This document shows, piece after piece, positions 40,214-48,803 of a DNA stretch of 64,000 nt (within the stretch, counting starts at the first letter, position 1; each line of letters opens with the position of its first letter). The translations under genes and the position numbers were made by a program. The DNA comes from Thermoanaerobaculia bacterium (lineage in GTDB: Bacteria > Acidobacteriota > Thermoanaerobaculia > Multivoradales > Multivoraceae), in NCBI GenBank assembly GCA_965116445.1, contig OZ220688.1, forward strand, positions 2,639,654 through 2,703,653, read 5' to 3'. Below the pieces are notes generated by a model. That model saw only the letters and a program-made list of their open reading frames with translations, ran no database searches and was not told the origin of the DNA.

Positions 40214-41244
40214 CCGGGGCCCTGCGAACCTCCGACTTCGACTACCACCTGGCCCCGGAAGCGATCGCCCAGCACCCGGGGACGCGGGGCGAGAGTCGCC
40301 TGCTCGTCGTGGATGGCGCCACCGTGGAACGGCCCTTCGGCGCCTTGCCGGACCTGCTCGACCCCGGCGACCTCCTGGTGGTCAACGACACCCGGGTCAT
40401 TCCCGCCCGCCTGCGGGCTCGCAGACCGACCGGCGGCCGGGTCGAGATCCTGCTGGTCGAGCGCGTGGCGCAAGCCGAGTGGTGGTGCCTGCTGCGTCCT
40501 GGTCGGCGGATGGAGCGCGGCCGCCGTCTCTCGGTGGACGGAGGACCGGCAGCCCGGATCGAGGAGCGCGCGGAGGGCCGTTTCCGGCTTCGCTTCGACG
40601 AACCGATAGGGCCGCTGCTCGAGACGATCGGCGACGTTCCCCTGCCGCCCTACATCGACCGGCCGGCGGCTCCCCGGGACCGCGAGCGCTACCAGACGGT
40701 GTACGCGGAGAGGCAGGGCGCCGTCGCCGCGCCGACCGCGGGCCTCCACTTCACGCCGGCCATTCTCGAAACGCTCGACCGCCGCGGCATCGAACTGGCG
40801 CGGATCACCCTCCATGTCGGCCCCGGCACCTTTCGGCCGGTGAAGACCGAAGACCCGGCAGCACACAACATGGACTCCGAGTGGTTCGATGTCCCGGCCG
40901 ACACGGCGGAGGCGGTAGCCGACGCCCGGCGCCGCGGCGGCAAGGTGGTCGCGGTCGGTACGACGGTCGTCCGCACCCTGGAAACGGTGGCTTCCGGCCG
41001 CGGCCTGATCGAGGCCCGCACCGGCCGCACGGAACTCTTCATCCGCCCCGGCTACGAGTTCCGGGCCACGGACCGTCTGCTCACGAACTTCCACCTACCG
41101 CGCTCGACCCTTCTCATGCTGGTCTGCGCGTTCGCCGGCCGGAAGCGCACCCTCGACGCCTACCGGCAGGCGTTGGCCGGCGGGTTCCGCTTCACCTCCT
41201 ACGGCGACGCGATGCTCGTGTCTCGCAGCCCCAGCATGCGGTGA
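40210..41244 (+). CDS. queA: S-adenosylmethionine:tRNA ribosyltransferase-isomerase
   Basis: LRTSDFDYHLAPEAIAQHP...LLVVNDTRVIPARL...GDVPLPPYI...AAPTAGLHFT. GTG at 40210 overlaps the permease stop (GTGA). Confidence 0.9.
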   Translation: MTGALRTSDFDYHLAPEAIAQHPGTRGESRLLVVDGATVERPFGALPDLLDPGDLLVVNDTRVIPARLRARRPTGGRVEILLVERVAQAEWWCLLRPGRRMERGRRLSVDGGPAARIEERAEGRFRLRFDEPIGPLLETIGDVPLPPYIDRPAAPRDRERYQTVYAERQGAVAAPTAGLHFTPAILETLDRRGIELARITLHVGPGTFRPVKTEDPAAHNMDSEWFDVPADTAEAVADARRRGGKVVAVGTTVVRTLETVASGRGLIEARTGRTELFIRPGYEFRATDRLLTNFHLPRSTLLMLVCAFAGRKRTLDAYRQALAGGFRFTSYGDAMLVSRSPSMR

Positions 41245-41966
41245 GCGAGGGCCGCCGCACCGAACCCGTTGTCGATGTTGACCACCGCGACCCCCGGCGC
41301 GCAGGCGGTGAGCATGGTGAGCAGCGGCCCGATCCCCTCGAAGCTGGCGCCGTAGCCGACGCTCGTGGGTACCGCGACGACCGGGCAGGGCACCAGACCG
41401 GCAACAACGGTCGGAAGAGCGCCGTCCATGCCGGCGACGACCACAGCCACCTCCGCCCGGCGGAGCTCGTCCACCGCGCCGAGTAAACGCTGAATGCCGG
41501 CGACACCCACGTCCCGGACGCGGACGGCGTCGTGGCCCAACCAATCGGCGCACACCGCCGCCTCCTCCGCCACCGGGAAGTCCGACGTGCCCGCGCTGAC
41601 GACCGCGATCCGACGTCCCGAAGCCGACCCGAAGCGGCCCACGCTCCAGACTCGCGCCCGGGGTTCGTAGGAACCGCCGGCGACCTCCGCGCTCAGCCGT
41701 TCGGCCGCCGGCGCCGCGATCCGCGTGACCAGAGCCCGGCCCGAGTGCTCCACCATCGACTCGACGATCCGCACCAGTTCCTCCTCGGTCTTGCCCTGAC
41801 CGAAGACCACCTCAGGCAGCCCGCTCCGGAACTCGCGGAAGAGGTCGACCTTGGCCGCACCCAGATCGATGTACGGCAAGCGGGCCACCCGCTCGTGCGC
41901 GGTCTCCGGCGAGACCTTGCCGGAAGCCACGTCCTGGAGCAGTTCGAGAAGTTCCTCCCGCTGCAT
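41199..41966 (-). CDS. larB: nickel-pincer cofactor biosynthesis protein LarB (PurE/AIR-carboxylase family)
   Basis: 255 aa with the PurE-like core preceded by the LarB-specific N-extension (IAVVSAGTSDFPVAEEA...VVAGMDGALPTVVAGL). Confidence 0.75.
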   Translation of the reverse strand: MQREELLELLQDVASGKVSPETAHERVARLPYIDLGAAKVDLFREFRSGLPEVVFGQGKTEEELVRIVESMVEHSGRALVTRIAAPAAERLSAEVAGGSYEPRARVWSVGRFGSASGRRIAVVSAGTSDFPVAEEAAVCADWLGHDAVRVRDVGVAGIQRLLGAVDELRRAEVAVVVAGMDGALPTVVAGLVPCPVVAVPTSVGYGASFEGIGPLLTMLTACAPGVAVVNIDNGFGAAALAHRMLGLRDTSIASP

Positions 41967-41989
41967 TGCGTCTCCTGGCGGCGACGGCC

Positions 41990-42817
41990 TCAGGCCGCGT
42001 CCGCGCCGCCGGTTCGGTACCCCCGCGGGTCGAGCGCCGCCCTCTCAAAACCGAGTTCAAGCAACCGTGCCTCGATCTCGTTCCACTGGCGCTCGGCCTC
42101 GAACAACTCCGCCGCACCGACCTCGACCCGCGCCGCGGTGCGGTCGTGGCGGACCCGGAGCACCCGAAAGCCCCGGCTCCGCAGCTCGGACTCCGCGGCT
42201 TCGATGCGCCGAAGCTTGGGCAGGCTCACCAGTTGCCCGTGCGGTATCCGCGACGACAGGCAGGCGTTGGCGGGCCGATCCCAGACGTTCAGCCCGAGGG
42301 CGCGGGCGAGGCTCCGCGCTTCGGTCTTCGAGACGCCGTGGGCCAGGAGCGGGCTGTAGACGCCGCGCTCGGCCACTGCCCGAAGTCCCGGCCGGTCGGG
42401 CCCGGGATCCGAGGCGTTCGTGCCGTCGCAGACTGTGGCGAAGCCGCCTTTCGCCGCCAGCTCCAGCATGCGGTCCATCCGCATTCCCTGGCACACGTAG
42501 CAGCGGTGCCGGGGGTTGGCGCGGAACTCCGGATCGTCGAGCTCGCTGTAGACGGTCACCTCGTGACGGATTCCGATCTCGGCCGCCAGCCTCCGCGCGT
42601 AGTCCAGCTCCTCGCCGGCCAGCGTCTCGGCCGCCGCCGTCACCGCCACCGACCGATCGCCCAGGGCGCGGTGGGCCAGGGCCGCGACGAGCCCTGAATC
42701 GACGCCGCCCGAGAACGCGACGAGGACCGAACTACGGCTCGCCAGGTCCCGCTCGAGTTCCTGAATCCGGGTGGAGACCTCCGGAGCCTCGGGCGCTGTG
42801 GTTGCCGCGCAGTCCAT
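41990..42817 (-). CDS. larE: ATP-dependent sacrificial sulfur transferase LarE (PP-loop ATP pyrophosphatase)
   Basis: PP-loop VAFSGGVDS, DGTNASD...RPGL, and the Cys-containing ACLSSRIP motif. ATG at 42815-42817 (MDCAATT...); the upstream 42 aa of the ORF-track entry are probably not translated. Confidence 0.75.
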   Translation of the reverse strand: MDCAATTAPEAPEVSTRIQELERDLASRSSVLVAFSGGVDSGLVAALAHRALGDRSVAVTAAAETLAGEELDYARRLAAEIGIRHEVTVYSELDDPEFRANPRHRCYVCQGMRMDRMLELAAKGGFATVCDGTNASDPGPDRPGLRAVAERGVYSPLLAHGVSKTEARSLARALGLNVWDRPANACLSSRIPHGQLVSLPKLRRIEAAESELRSRGFRVLRVRHDRTAARVEVGAAELFEAERQWNEIEARLLELGFERAALDPRGYRTGGADAA

Positions 42818-42848
42818 GGCGGCGAGTCTATGGCGGCTCGGGCGCGCG

Positions 42849-43319
42849 CTACTCGTCGCCGCCACCCAATTCCAACTTGCGCCGCGGCGCGGCGGAGCCC
42901 CGCAGCACGACCGGCACCGCGAACAGGGCCGCGTAGACGCCAAAGGTCAGAATCGGCACCAGGGGCATCTCCTCGAGTTGCTCTCGCCTCGCCATGGACC
43001 GCACCAGGTAGAGCCAGCCCGGCGGACCGAAGAGGTAGAGCACGAACAGCATCCGCGAGCGGGCGATCTGCAGCACGATCTCGTCCAGCCGGCGACCGGT
43101 CGAACCGCGCTCCCGCTTCAGGCGATGAACGTACACGTTGCCGAAGAACCAGCCGGTGAACGCGGCCAGGATGTAGAGCGGATAAAGCGCCAGTTCGAAC
43201 GTCAGGTTCCACCGCAGGACACCGATCTGGGCCAGGATGCCAACCGACCACGCCGCCAGAGAAGACGACAGGATGACCGTTTCCAGGCCTCGCATCGGTC
43301 CGCGTCTCCCTCCTTGCAA
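42849..43319 (-). CDS. hypothetical integral membrane protein (~4 TM)
   Basis: Hydrophobic segments (VILSSSLAAWSVGILAQIGVL, LALYPLYILAAFTGWFFG, MLFVLYLFGPPGWLYLV, LVPILTFGVYAALFAVPVVL); no recognisable family. Confidence 0.5.
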   Translation of the reverse strand: MQGGRRGPMRGLETVILSSSLAAWSVGILAQIGVLRWNLTFELALYPLYILAAFTGWFFGNVYVHRLKRERGSTGRRLDEIVLQIARSRMLFVLYLFGPPGWLYLVRSMARREQLEEMPLVPILTFGVYAALFAVPVVLRGSAAPRRKLELGGGDE

Positions 43320-43324
43320 TCAGA

Positions 43325-43702
43325 TCAGCCCGCGGCCAGCAGAGCCTCGTACTCCGCGGCCGTCATCAGGCCGTCCGGCGCTTCGCCGTCCAGCCGCAAC
43401 CGCACCAGCCAGCCCTCGCCGTACGGGTCCTCGTTGACCAACTCGGGGGCGTCCTCGAGCTGGCTGTTCGTCGCCTCCACGGTGCCTTCGACCGGAGTGA
43501 AGATCTCCGCGACCGCCTTGACCGATTCGATCGCGCCGATCTCGAAACCCTCGCCGAACGCCTGACCCGGCGACGGCAAGTCGACGAACACGACGTCCCC
43601 GAGTTCCTGCTGGGCGAAGTCCGTGATGCCGAGTACGGCTTCACCGCCCTCCAGTTTGAGCCATTCGTGCTGCTCCGTGTACAAGCGATCGTCGGGAATC
43701 AT
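43325..43702 (-). CDS. gcvH: glycine cleavage system protein H
   Basis: YTEQHEWLKLEGGEAVLGITDFAQQELGDVVFVDLP...IESVKAVAEIF with the lipoyl-Lys motif; 125 aa. Confidence 0.9.
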   Translation of the reverse strand: MIPDDRLYTEQHEWLKLEGGEAVLGITDFAQQELGDVVFVDLPSPGQAFGEGFEIGAIESVKAVAEIFTPVEGTVEATNSQLEDAPELVNEDPYGEGWLVRLRLDGEAPDGLMTAAEYEALLAAG

Positions 43703-43731
43703 CAGAAGGTCTGTCCTCCACTGGAAGCCTC

Positions 43732-44865
43732 TTAGGCCTTCGGGCGTCGATAGAACGGTAGTTTGACAATACGGCAGGGAATCCGCCTGCCACGAACTTC
43801 CACCGAGGCCGCGCTACCGGGTTCCGGGACTCCGCTCTCGGCGCAGTCGACCCGGGCGATACCGATCGCCCGTCCCAGGGTGGGTGAAAAGGCGCCGCTG
43901 GTCACCGGCCCGCTGCAACCCGGCTGGTCGCTGACCGTCAGACGGTGCCCGTGGCGGGCGATACCGCGGCCAAGGGCCTCGAAGCCGAGTAGCCGGTGGC
44001 GGCAGCCGTTCTCCCGCTGGCGGGCCAGGGCGTCTCGGCCAACGAAGTCGCCCTTCTTCCACTTGACGATCCACGACAGTCCGGCCTCGATCGGCGTCGT
44101 CTCCTCGTCGATGTCCTGGCCGCAGAGCATCATCCCGGCCTCGAGCCGCAGCGTGTCGCGGGCGCCCAGACCGGCCGGCGCCAGACCGCTGTCGCAGCCC
44201 TGCCCCAGCAACTCCATCCAGAGATCGTCCGCCCGCTCGACCGAGGTGTAGATCTCGAAGCCGTCCTCGCCCGTGTACCCGGTCCGCGACACGATCCGCC
44301 CAAGTCCGTCCTGGTGGAGGGCCTCGTCCTGGTGGAGGAACGAGTAGTAGCGAAGTTCCGCCGCCTCCGGCCCCACGACCTCCGACACGATCCCGGCCGC
44401 CCGCGGACCCTGCACCGCGATCAGGGCGGTCGCGTCGCTCTGGTCGTCGACCCGGACACCGGTCCCTTCCGCCGCTGCCGCAGCCTCCAGCAGTTCGAGG
44501 TCTCGCGCCCGCGAGGCGGCGTTGACCACGAGGAGGTAGTCCTCCGGGCCGAGGCAGTAGACGAGCAGATCGTCGATGAAGGCGCCTCGCTCGGTCAGCA
44601 GGGCGCTGTACTGCGCCCGGCCCGGCTCGAGCGCGGCGACATCGTTCGGGGTCAGGCCCTGGAGCAGGGGCAGGGCCCGGGGACCCCGCACTCGAACCTC
44701 GCCCATGTGGGACACATCGAACATGCCCGCACGTTCGCGCACCGCGCGGTGCTCCGCGAGCACACCCTCGTACTGAATCGGCATCTCGTAGCCGGCGAAG
44801 GGCCCGAAACGAGCCCCCGACTCGACGTGACGCCTGTACAAGACCGTCCGCTGCACCCCCGTCAT
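43732..44865 (-). CDS. gcvT: glycine cleavage system aminomethyltransferase T
   Basis: LYRRHVESGARFGPFAGYEMPIQYEG...GMFDVSHMG...TGYTGEDGFEI. ATG at 44863-44865 (MTGVQRTVLY). Confidence 0.9.
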   Translation of the reverse strand: MTGVQRTVLYRRHVESGARFGPFAGYEMPIQYEGVLAEHRAVRERAGMFDVSHMGEVRVRGPRALPLLQGLTPNDVAALEPGRAQYSALLTERGAFIDDLLVYCLGPEDYLLVVNAASRARDLELLEAAAAAEGTGVRVDDQSDATALIAVQGPRAAGIVSEVVGPEAAELRYYSFLHQDEALHQDGLGRIVSRTGYTGEDGFEIYTSVERADDLWMELLGQGCDSGLAPAGLGARDTLRLEAGMMLCGQDIDEETTPIEAGLSWIVKWKKGDFVGRDALARQRENGCRHRLLGFEALGRGIARHGHRLTVSDQPGCSGPVTSGAFSPTLGRAIGIARVDCAESGVPEPGSAASVEVRGRRIPCRIVKLPFYRRPKA

Positions 44866-44972
44866 CTCGCTACCTAGGATGCCACGAAGGAAGACGCGAT
44901 GGGAGCCATGAAGGAGAGACCTGATGAGACAGAGCCACAAGGGGAGCGCTTATCGCGACCTACAACACCTTC

Positions 44973-46568
44973 GTGCAGAACCGGGCCGCAGCCGGGCATA
45001 CGGACATCCAGACTCACAGCACACAGTTCACGGTGGTGGGCTCGACGTCCTCGGTCGACGCCCGCGACAACTCCTCGACCACGGGCACGGGCGAGCCCAT
45101 CTATTGGCTGAACGGCGATCAGGTCGCGGACAACTACGCCGACTTCTACGACGGAAGCTGGGACAGCTACGCGAAGAGGAATGAAAGCGGCGCAACGATG
45201 GGCGCCGTAACGATCTGGACGGGCAGCAACGACAACGGCACCAGGAGTTCAGATTATCTCGGTCACACGAACGTTCAGGCGGGCCAACTGGGCTCAACCA
45301 ACGACCCCTTTACCTGGGCTGCAGGCGCCAACGCGACCACCCGCAACTTCTACGGCATCTCCCCCGTGTTCACCGTAGCGGCGGCGTCCGCGGCGCCGGA
45401 GGTGTCTGTGCGGCTTATGACCGGTGAGGGCGAGAACCGCAACGCCGACGGCGAGGTGGAGAAGCCCGAGTTGGATGGCACGGTCTCATTTCCGCTGTCG
45501 CTGGACACGGCGCCGATGGCGGACTTGACGGTTTGCGTCCGGGTGGCGGAGTCGGGCGATACCGACCGGGTCACCTCGGCGAACGAGGGCGTCAAGACCG
45601 TGAGTTTCCTGGCGGGCGTGCAGACGGGGTCAATCGACGTGGCCTGGACGGATACGGCTGCGGATGACCTGGACAGCGTGATCACCGTTACGGCAGTCCC
45701 GTCCAGCACCGCGGGCTGTAGCAGTTCGGACGAGTACACGGTTTCCGGCACATTCGGCGCGGATGAGGTGCGGATCACGGATGACGAAGTGACCACTTTG
45801 TCCTTGGCGTCTTCGGACAGGGAGATGGGCGAAGGCGACGCGGCCAACACCGCAGTGATCACGGTGTCTCTGGGTCGTGGGCTGATCAGCGGCGAGTCGG
45901 TTGTGGCGCCAGTAGCGCTCGCCACCAGCACCGGTGCTCGACTGCCCGGCGACGCAACACCAGACTTCGCGGTCACCGCAACGGGCACCGGCGTGGCGCT
46001 GAGCAATCAGACGACTGCGACGCCGCGGCTGACGTTCACCGGCTCCGACTCCAACACGGTGCAGACCGCAACGGTGACGCTTACCCCGGTGGCGAATCTT
46101 GACGACGGGGACGCGACCGACGAGATGATCACCGCGACGCTCTCCTTGCTCGCCGGCACAGGTTCGGGGACTGTAGTGACTGGCGGCGGCGTGCAGGTCA
46201 CTCAAGCCTCGTCGATAGTGAGCCTGTCGATCAAAGACGACGAGGCCGCGCCGCCGGCGTGCTCCGCCCAGAACACCGTCTTCAGTGATACCAGCAACCT
46301 TCGCATTCTCGAGAACGGCGGCGTGGTGACCTACTGCGTGCGCCTGACCACCGCCCCTTCCGGCGGCGACACCGTCGTCACCATCGGCAGGGACGGCGGG
46401 AACAGATGGGCAGCGAACTTCAGCCCGGCAACGCTCACCTTCACGTCATCTGACTACATGGACCCGCAGCAGGTGACGGTGACCGGCGCGGACGAGCCCG
46501 GTACGCATCGCAACCGGCCACAGGCGGCGTGCGCAAGGTCACGGTCGATACGATCCGCGCCCATGTAA
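44973..46568 (+). CDS. surface-type protein, segment 1: unrecognised N-terminal beta-domain plus Calx-beta-like repeats; no signal peptide; frame 0
   Basis: 531-aa ORF (GTG start). N-terminal ~150 aa: ...GEPIYWLNGDQVADNYADFYDGSWDSYAKRNESGATMGAVTIWTGSNDNG..., followed by Calx-beta-like repeats (DEYTVSGTFGADEVRITDDEVTTLSL...). Confidence 0.6.
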   Translation: MQNRAAAGHTDIQTHSTQFTVVGSTSSVDARDNSSTTGTGEPIYWLNGDQVADNYADFYDGSWDSYAKRNESGATMGAVTIWTGSNDNGTRSSDYLGHTNVQAGQLGSTNDPFTWAAGANATTRNFYGISPVFTVAAASAAPEVSVRLMTGEGENRNADGEVEKPELDGTVSFPLSLDTAPMADLTVCVRVAESGDTDRVTSANEGVKTVSFLAGVQTGSIDVAWTDTAADDLDSVITVTAVPSSTAGCSSSDEYTVSGTFGADEVRITDDEVTTLSLASSDREMGEGDAANTAVITVSLGRGLISGESVVAPVALATSTGARLPGDATPDFAVTATGTGVALSNQTTATPRLTFTGSDSNTVQTATVTLTPVANLDDGDATDEMITATLSLLAGTGSGTVVTGGGVQVTQASSIVSLSIKDDEAAPPACSAQNTVFSDTSNLRILENGGVVTYCVRLTTAPSGGDTVVTIGRDGGNRWAANFSPATLTFTSSDYMDPQQVTVTGADEPGTHRNRPQAACARSRSIRSAPM

Positions 46569-48088
46569 GGAACCCGGGACGGAACAGACGGGGGTCAAGG
46601 GGTTACAACAGCCAATGCCGCAACCTGACCGGCAACACGCTAAACTCCCCGGCGGACGCCGCGTCCGCGCCGACCGATCCGGTGACCAACCTGCAGGTGA
46701 CGGCGGTGGATGACGCCAGCGCCAGCGTCACCTGGGACGCGGTGGAGCACGCCACGTCCTACGACGTGTCCTGGAGCGCCGAAAGCAGCGACTCGCTGAA
46801 CGCGGTCGCCGGCGCCTGGCCCGGCGTGACGGGAACGTCGGTGACCATCCAGCACGACGCCTCCGTGCCGATGACGCTGACCGTCACGGTGACGCCGGAG
46901 TACGTCGACAAGCACGGCCAGACCCGGCAGTTCCCGTCCCTCGCCGGCACGGCGACGCTTGACGTGGGCCCACCGGGCGGGGGCCTGGGTGGAGACGGCG
47001 GCACGGACGGGGACGGGTCAGACGACGACGATGGCCCGATTGACGGCGGGGAAGGAAAGGTGGACCTTCCGGCGCCCGTCGCCCACTGGACGTTCGACGG
47101 CGACGCGGACGACGCGGCGGGGTCGAACGACGGCACGGCGACCGGCGGCGCGGCTTTCGCGGCGAACGGCGAGGGCGAGGGCGTCGGCAGCCATGCGCTG
47201 TCCCTCGACGGCGTGGACGACCACGTGGACCTTGCTTCCCACGTCTCGAACTTCCCGCTCGGCGATGCGGCCACGACGGTCACGGGCTGGTTCCGCGCCA
47301 ACGCCGGCAACCAGGGCCAGAGCTTCTTCAGCTACGGCCCGAACGTGGCCGGACAGCGGTTCTCTATCGCCGCGGACCGGACTCAGGTCGTCGTCGGCGT
47401 GAGCAGCCACGCCTGGGGCACGAAGGGGCTGAGCCTTGCCGACGGCTGGCATCACGTTGCGGTGTCCTACGCCGGCGGCGACTCGGACGGCATCTCGATC
47501 TACCTGAACGGCGCGCTGCAAGCCGCCTCGACGCAGGCCGGCTCGCCCCAGGGGCTCGACACCCGCAGCGGCCCGGCCGCGATAGGCCGCAACGTGCGCG
47601 GCACGAAGCACTACGCCGGCTTGATCGACGACGTGCGCCTGTATGACATAGCACTCAGCGCGGAGCAGGTGCAGGCGATCGCCAACCGTGAGGAATCCGC
47701 CCAGGCGGCGGCGACGACGCCCGGGCCGGGTGGGCCGACGTCCCCGTCGGCATCTGGACCGGGTGCGCCGACGTCCCCGTCGGCATCTGGACTGGGTGCG
47801 CCGACGTCCTCGTCGGCATCTGCGGGCGGTCCGGTCCATGTGCCGCTGCTGCCGGGTTCGTCGAACCCGTTGCGCGAAGGCCTTGTTCGGATCGTGAACC
47901 GGTCCCCGCAAGCCGGCGAGGTGCGGATCGTGGCGGTCGACGACGCGGGATGGCGGAGCGCGCCGGTCCTTCTCGGCATCGGCGCCGGCGCGTCAGCGCA
48001 GTTCACGGCGCGCGACCTCGAATGGGGCAACGAGGCGTTTGGGTCTGACCGGCTCTGCTGGACCGGGCACCGGCGACTGGCGGCTTGA
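46529..48088 (+). CDS. surface-type protein, segment 2: Fn3 domain, LamG-like (concanavalin-type) domain, Ser/Pro-rich linker, start of a tandem repeat domain; frame +2
   Basis: Fn3: PTDPVTNLQVTAVDDASASVTWDAVEHATSYDVSW. LamG-like: LAHWTFDGDADDAAGSNDGTATGGAAF...LSLDGVDDHVDL...GDAATTVTGWF...WHHVAVSY...LYLNGAL...IDDVRLYDIALSAEQV. The first ~35 aa are Arg-rich with no conservation, so this is probably a frameshifted continuation of segment 1. Confidence 0.6.
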   Translation: MRKVTVDTIRAHVRNPGRNRRGSRGYNSQCRNLTGNTLNSPADAASAPTDPVTNLQVTAVDDASASVTWDAVEHATSYDVSWSAESSDSLNAVAGAWPGVTGTSVTIQHDASVPMTLTVTVTPEYVDKHGQTRQFPSLAGTATLDVGPPGGGLGGDGGTDGDGSDDDDGPIDGGEGKVDLPAPVAHWTFDGDADDAAGSNDGTATGGAAFAANGEGEGVGSHALSLDGVDDHVDLASHVSNFPLGDAATTVTGWFRANAGNQGQSFFSYGPNVAGQRFSIAADRTQVVVGVSSHAWGTKGLSLADGWHHVAVSYAGGDSDGISIYLNGALQAASTQAGSPQGLDTRSGPAAIGRNVRGTKHYAGLIDDVRLYDIALSAEQVQAIANREESAQAAATTPGPGGPTSPSASGPGAPTSPSASGLGAPTSSSASAGGPVHVPLLPGSSNPLREGLVRIVNRSPQAGEVRIVAVDDAGWRSAPVLLGIGAGASAQFTARDLEWGNEAFGSDRLCWTGHRRLAA

Positions 48089-48803
48089 AGTGTCGAGCGA
48101 CCTGGAGCTTGACGTGCTGCCCTACGTGCGGTCGCACGACGGCGCGTTGCACGCGATGGGCGATGTGGCGCCCGTCGACGACGATGTACACCATGTGGCC
48201 CTGTTTGCTCCGGCGGACAGTCCGGGTGCGGCCGGCAGGCTGCGCCTGACGAACCGGGGCGGCCAAACGCTGCGCGCGGACATCACCGGTATCGACGATG
48301 CCGGCGCCTCGCCGGGCGGCACGGCGTCCGTGGAGATCGCGGCGGGAGCGTCGGTCCTGCTTACCGCGGCGGAGCTTGAGGCGGGCGGCGCGAACCTGCG
48401 CGGCGGGCTCGCGCGGTCCCTTCGGAATGCCGACGGGGACGTCGGCGCACCCAGTCCGGATGCCGACGGGGACGTCGGCGCACCCGGTGGGGCCTCGGCG
48501 CATCCCGGTGGGGCGTCGGCGCGCCACGGTGGGCTCGACTTGCCTCGACTTGGCGATGGCCAGGGGCAATGGCGGCTTCGCATCGCCTCGGATGGCGACT
48601 TGGCGGTGATGAACCTGATCGAGACGTCCGATCCGGACCGGGCCGGGCGGCGCGCCGACGGCGGACGTCAGTCCGTCGCGGTGGCCTCGGGCAATCCAAC
48701 CGTCACGAGCATCCGTTCCGGCGCCAGATGCCGCCGCGCGGCCTGGAAGACGCCGTCCGGACTGAGCCGTTCGATCCGTTCGAGCCGCCATCGACGCTGG
48801 TAG
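48039..48803 (+). CDS. surface-type protein, segment 3: completion and second copy of a ~110-aa C-terminal repeat domain; frame 0
   Basis: Segment 2 ends ...ARDLEWGNEAFGS and this ORF reads GLTGSAGPGTGDWRLEVSSDLELDVLPYVRSHDGALHAMGDV, which completes the same domain. A second copy follows (HHVALFAPADSPGAAGRLRLTNRGGQTLRADITGIDDAGAS...GQWRLRIASDGDLAVMNLI). The last ~50 aa look unconserved and overlap the convergent M16 gene. Confidence 0.45.
   Translation: MGLTGSAGPGTGDWRLEVSSDLELDVLPYVRSHDGALHAMGDVAPVDDDVHHVALFAPADSPGAAGRLRLTNRGGQTLRADITGIDDAGASPGGTASVEIAAGASVLLTAAELEAGGANLRGGLARSLRNADGDVGAPSPDADGDVGAPGGASAHPGGASARHGGLDLPRLGDGQGQWRLRIASDGDLAVMNLIETSDPDRAGRRADGGRQSVAVASGNPTVTSIRSGARCRRAAWKTPSGLSRSIRSSRHRRW

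Noticed and set aside
44866-44972. Possible glycine riboswitch upstream of gcvT (GGAGAG-like and GAAGG motifs present)
   Set aside because: The GGAGAGACC and CGAAGGAAGAC-like motifs are on the plus strand, while gcvT is on the minus strand. The minus-strand reading lacks the ordered GGAGAG...GCCGAAGGAGCAA...CTCTCAGGC aptamer core. No convincing tandem aptamers.
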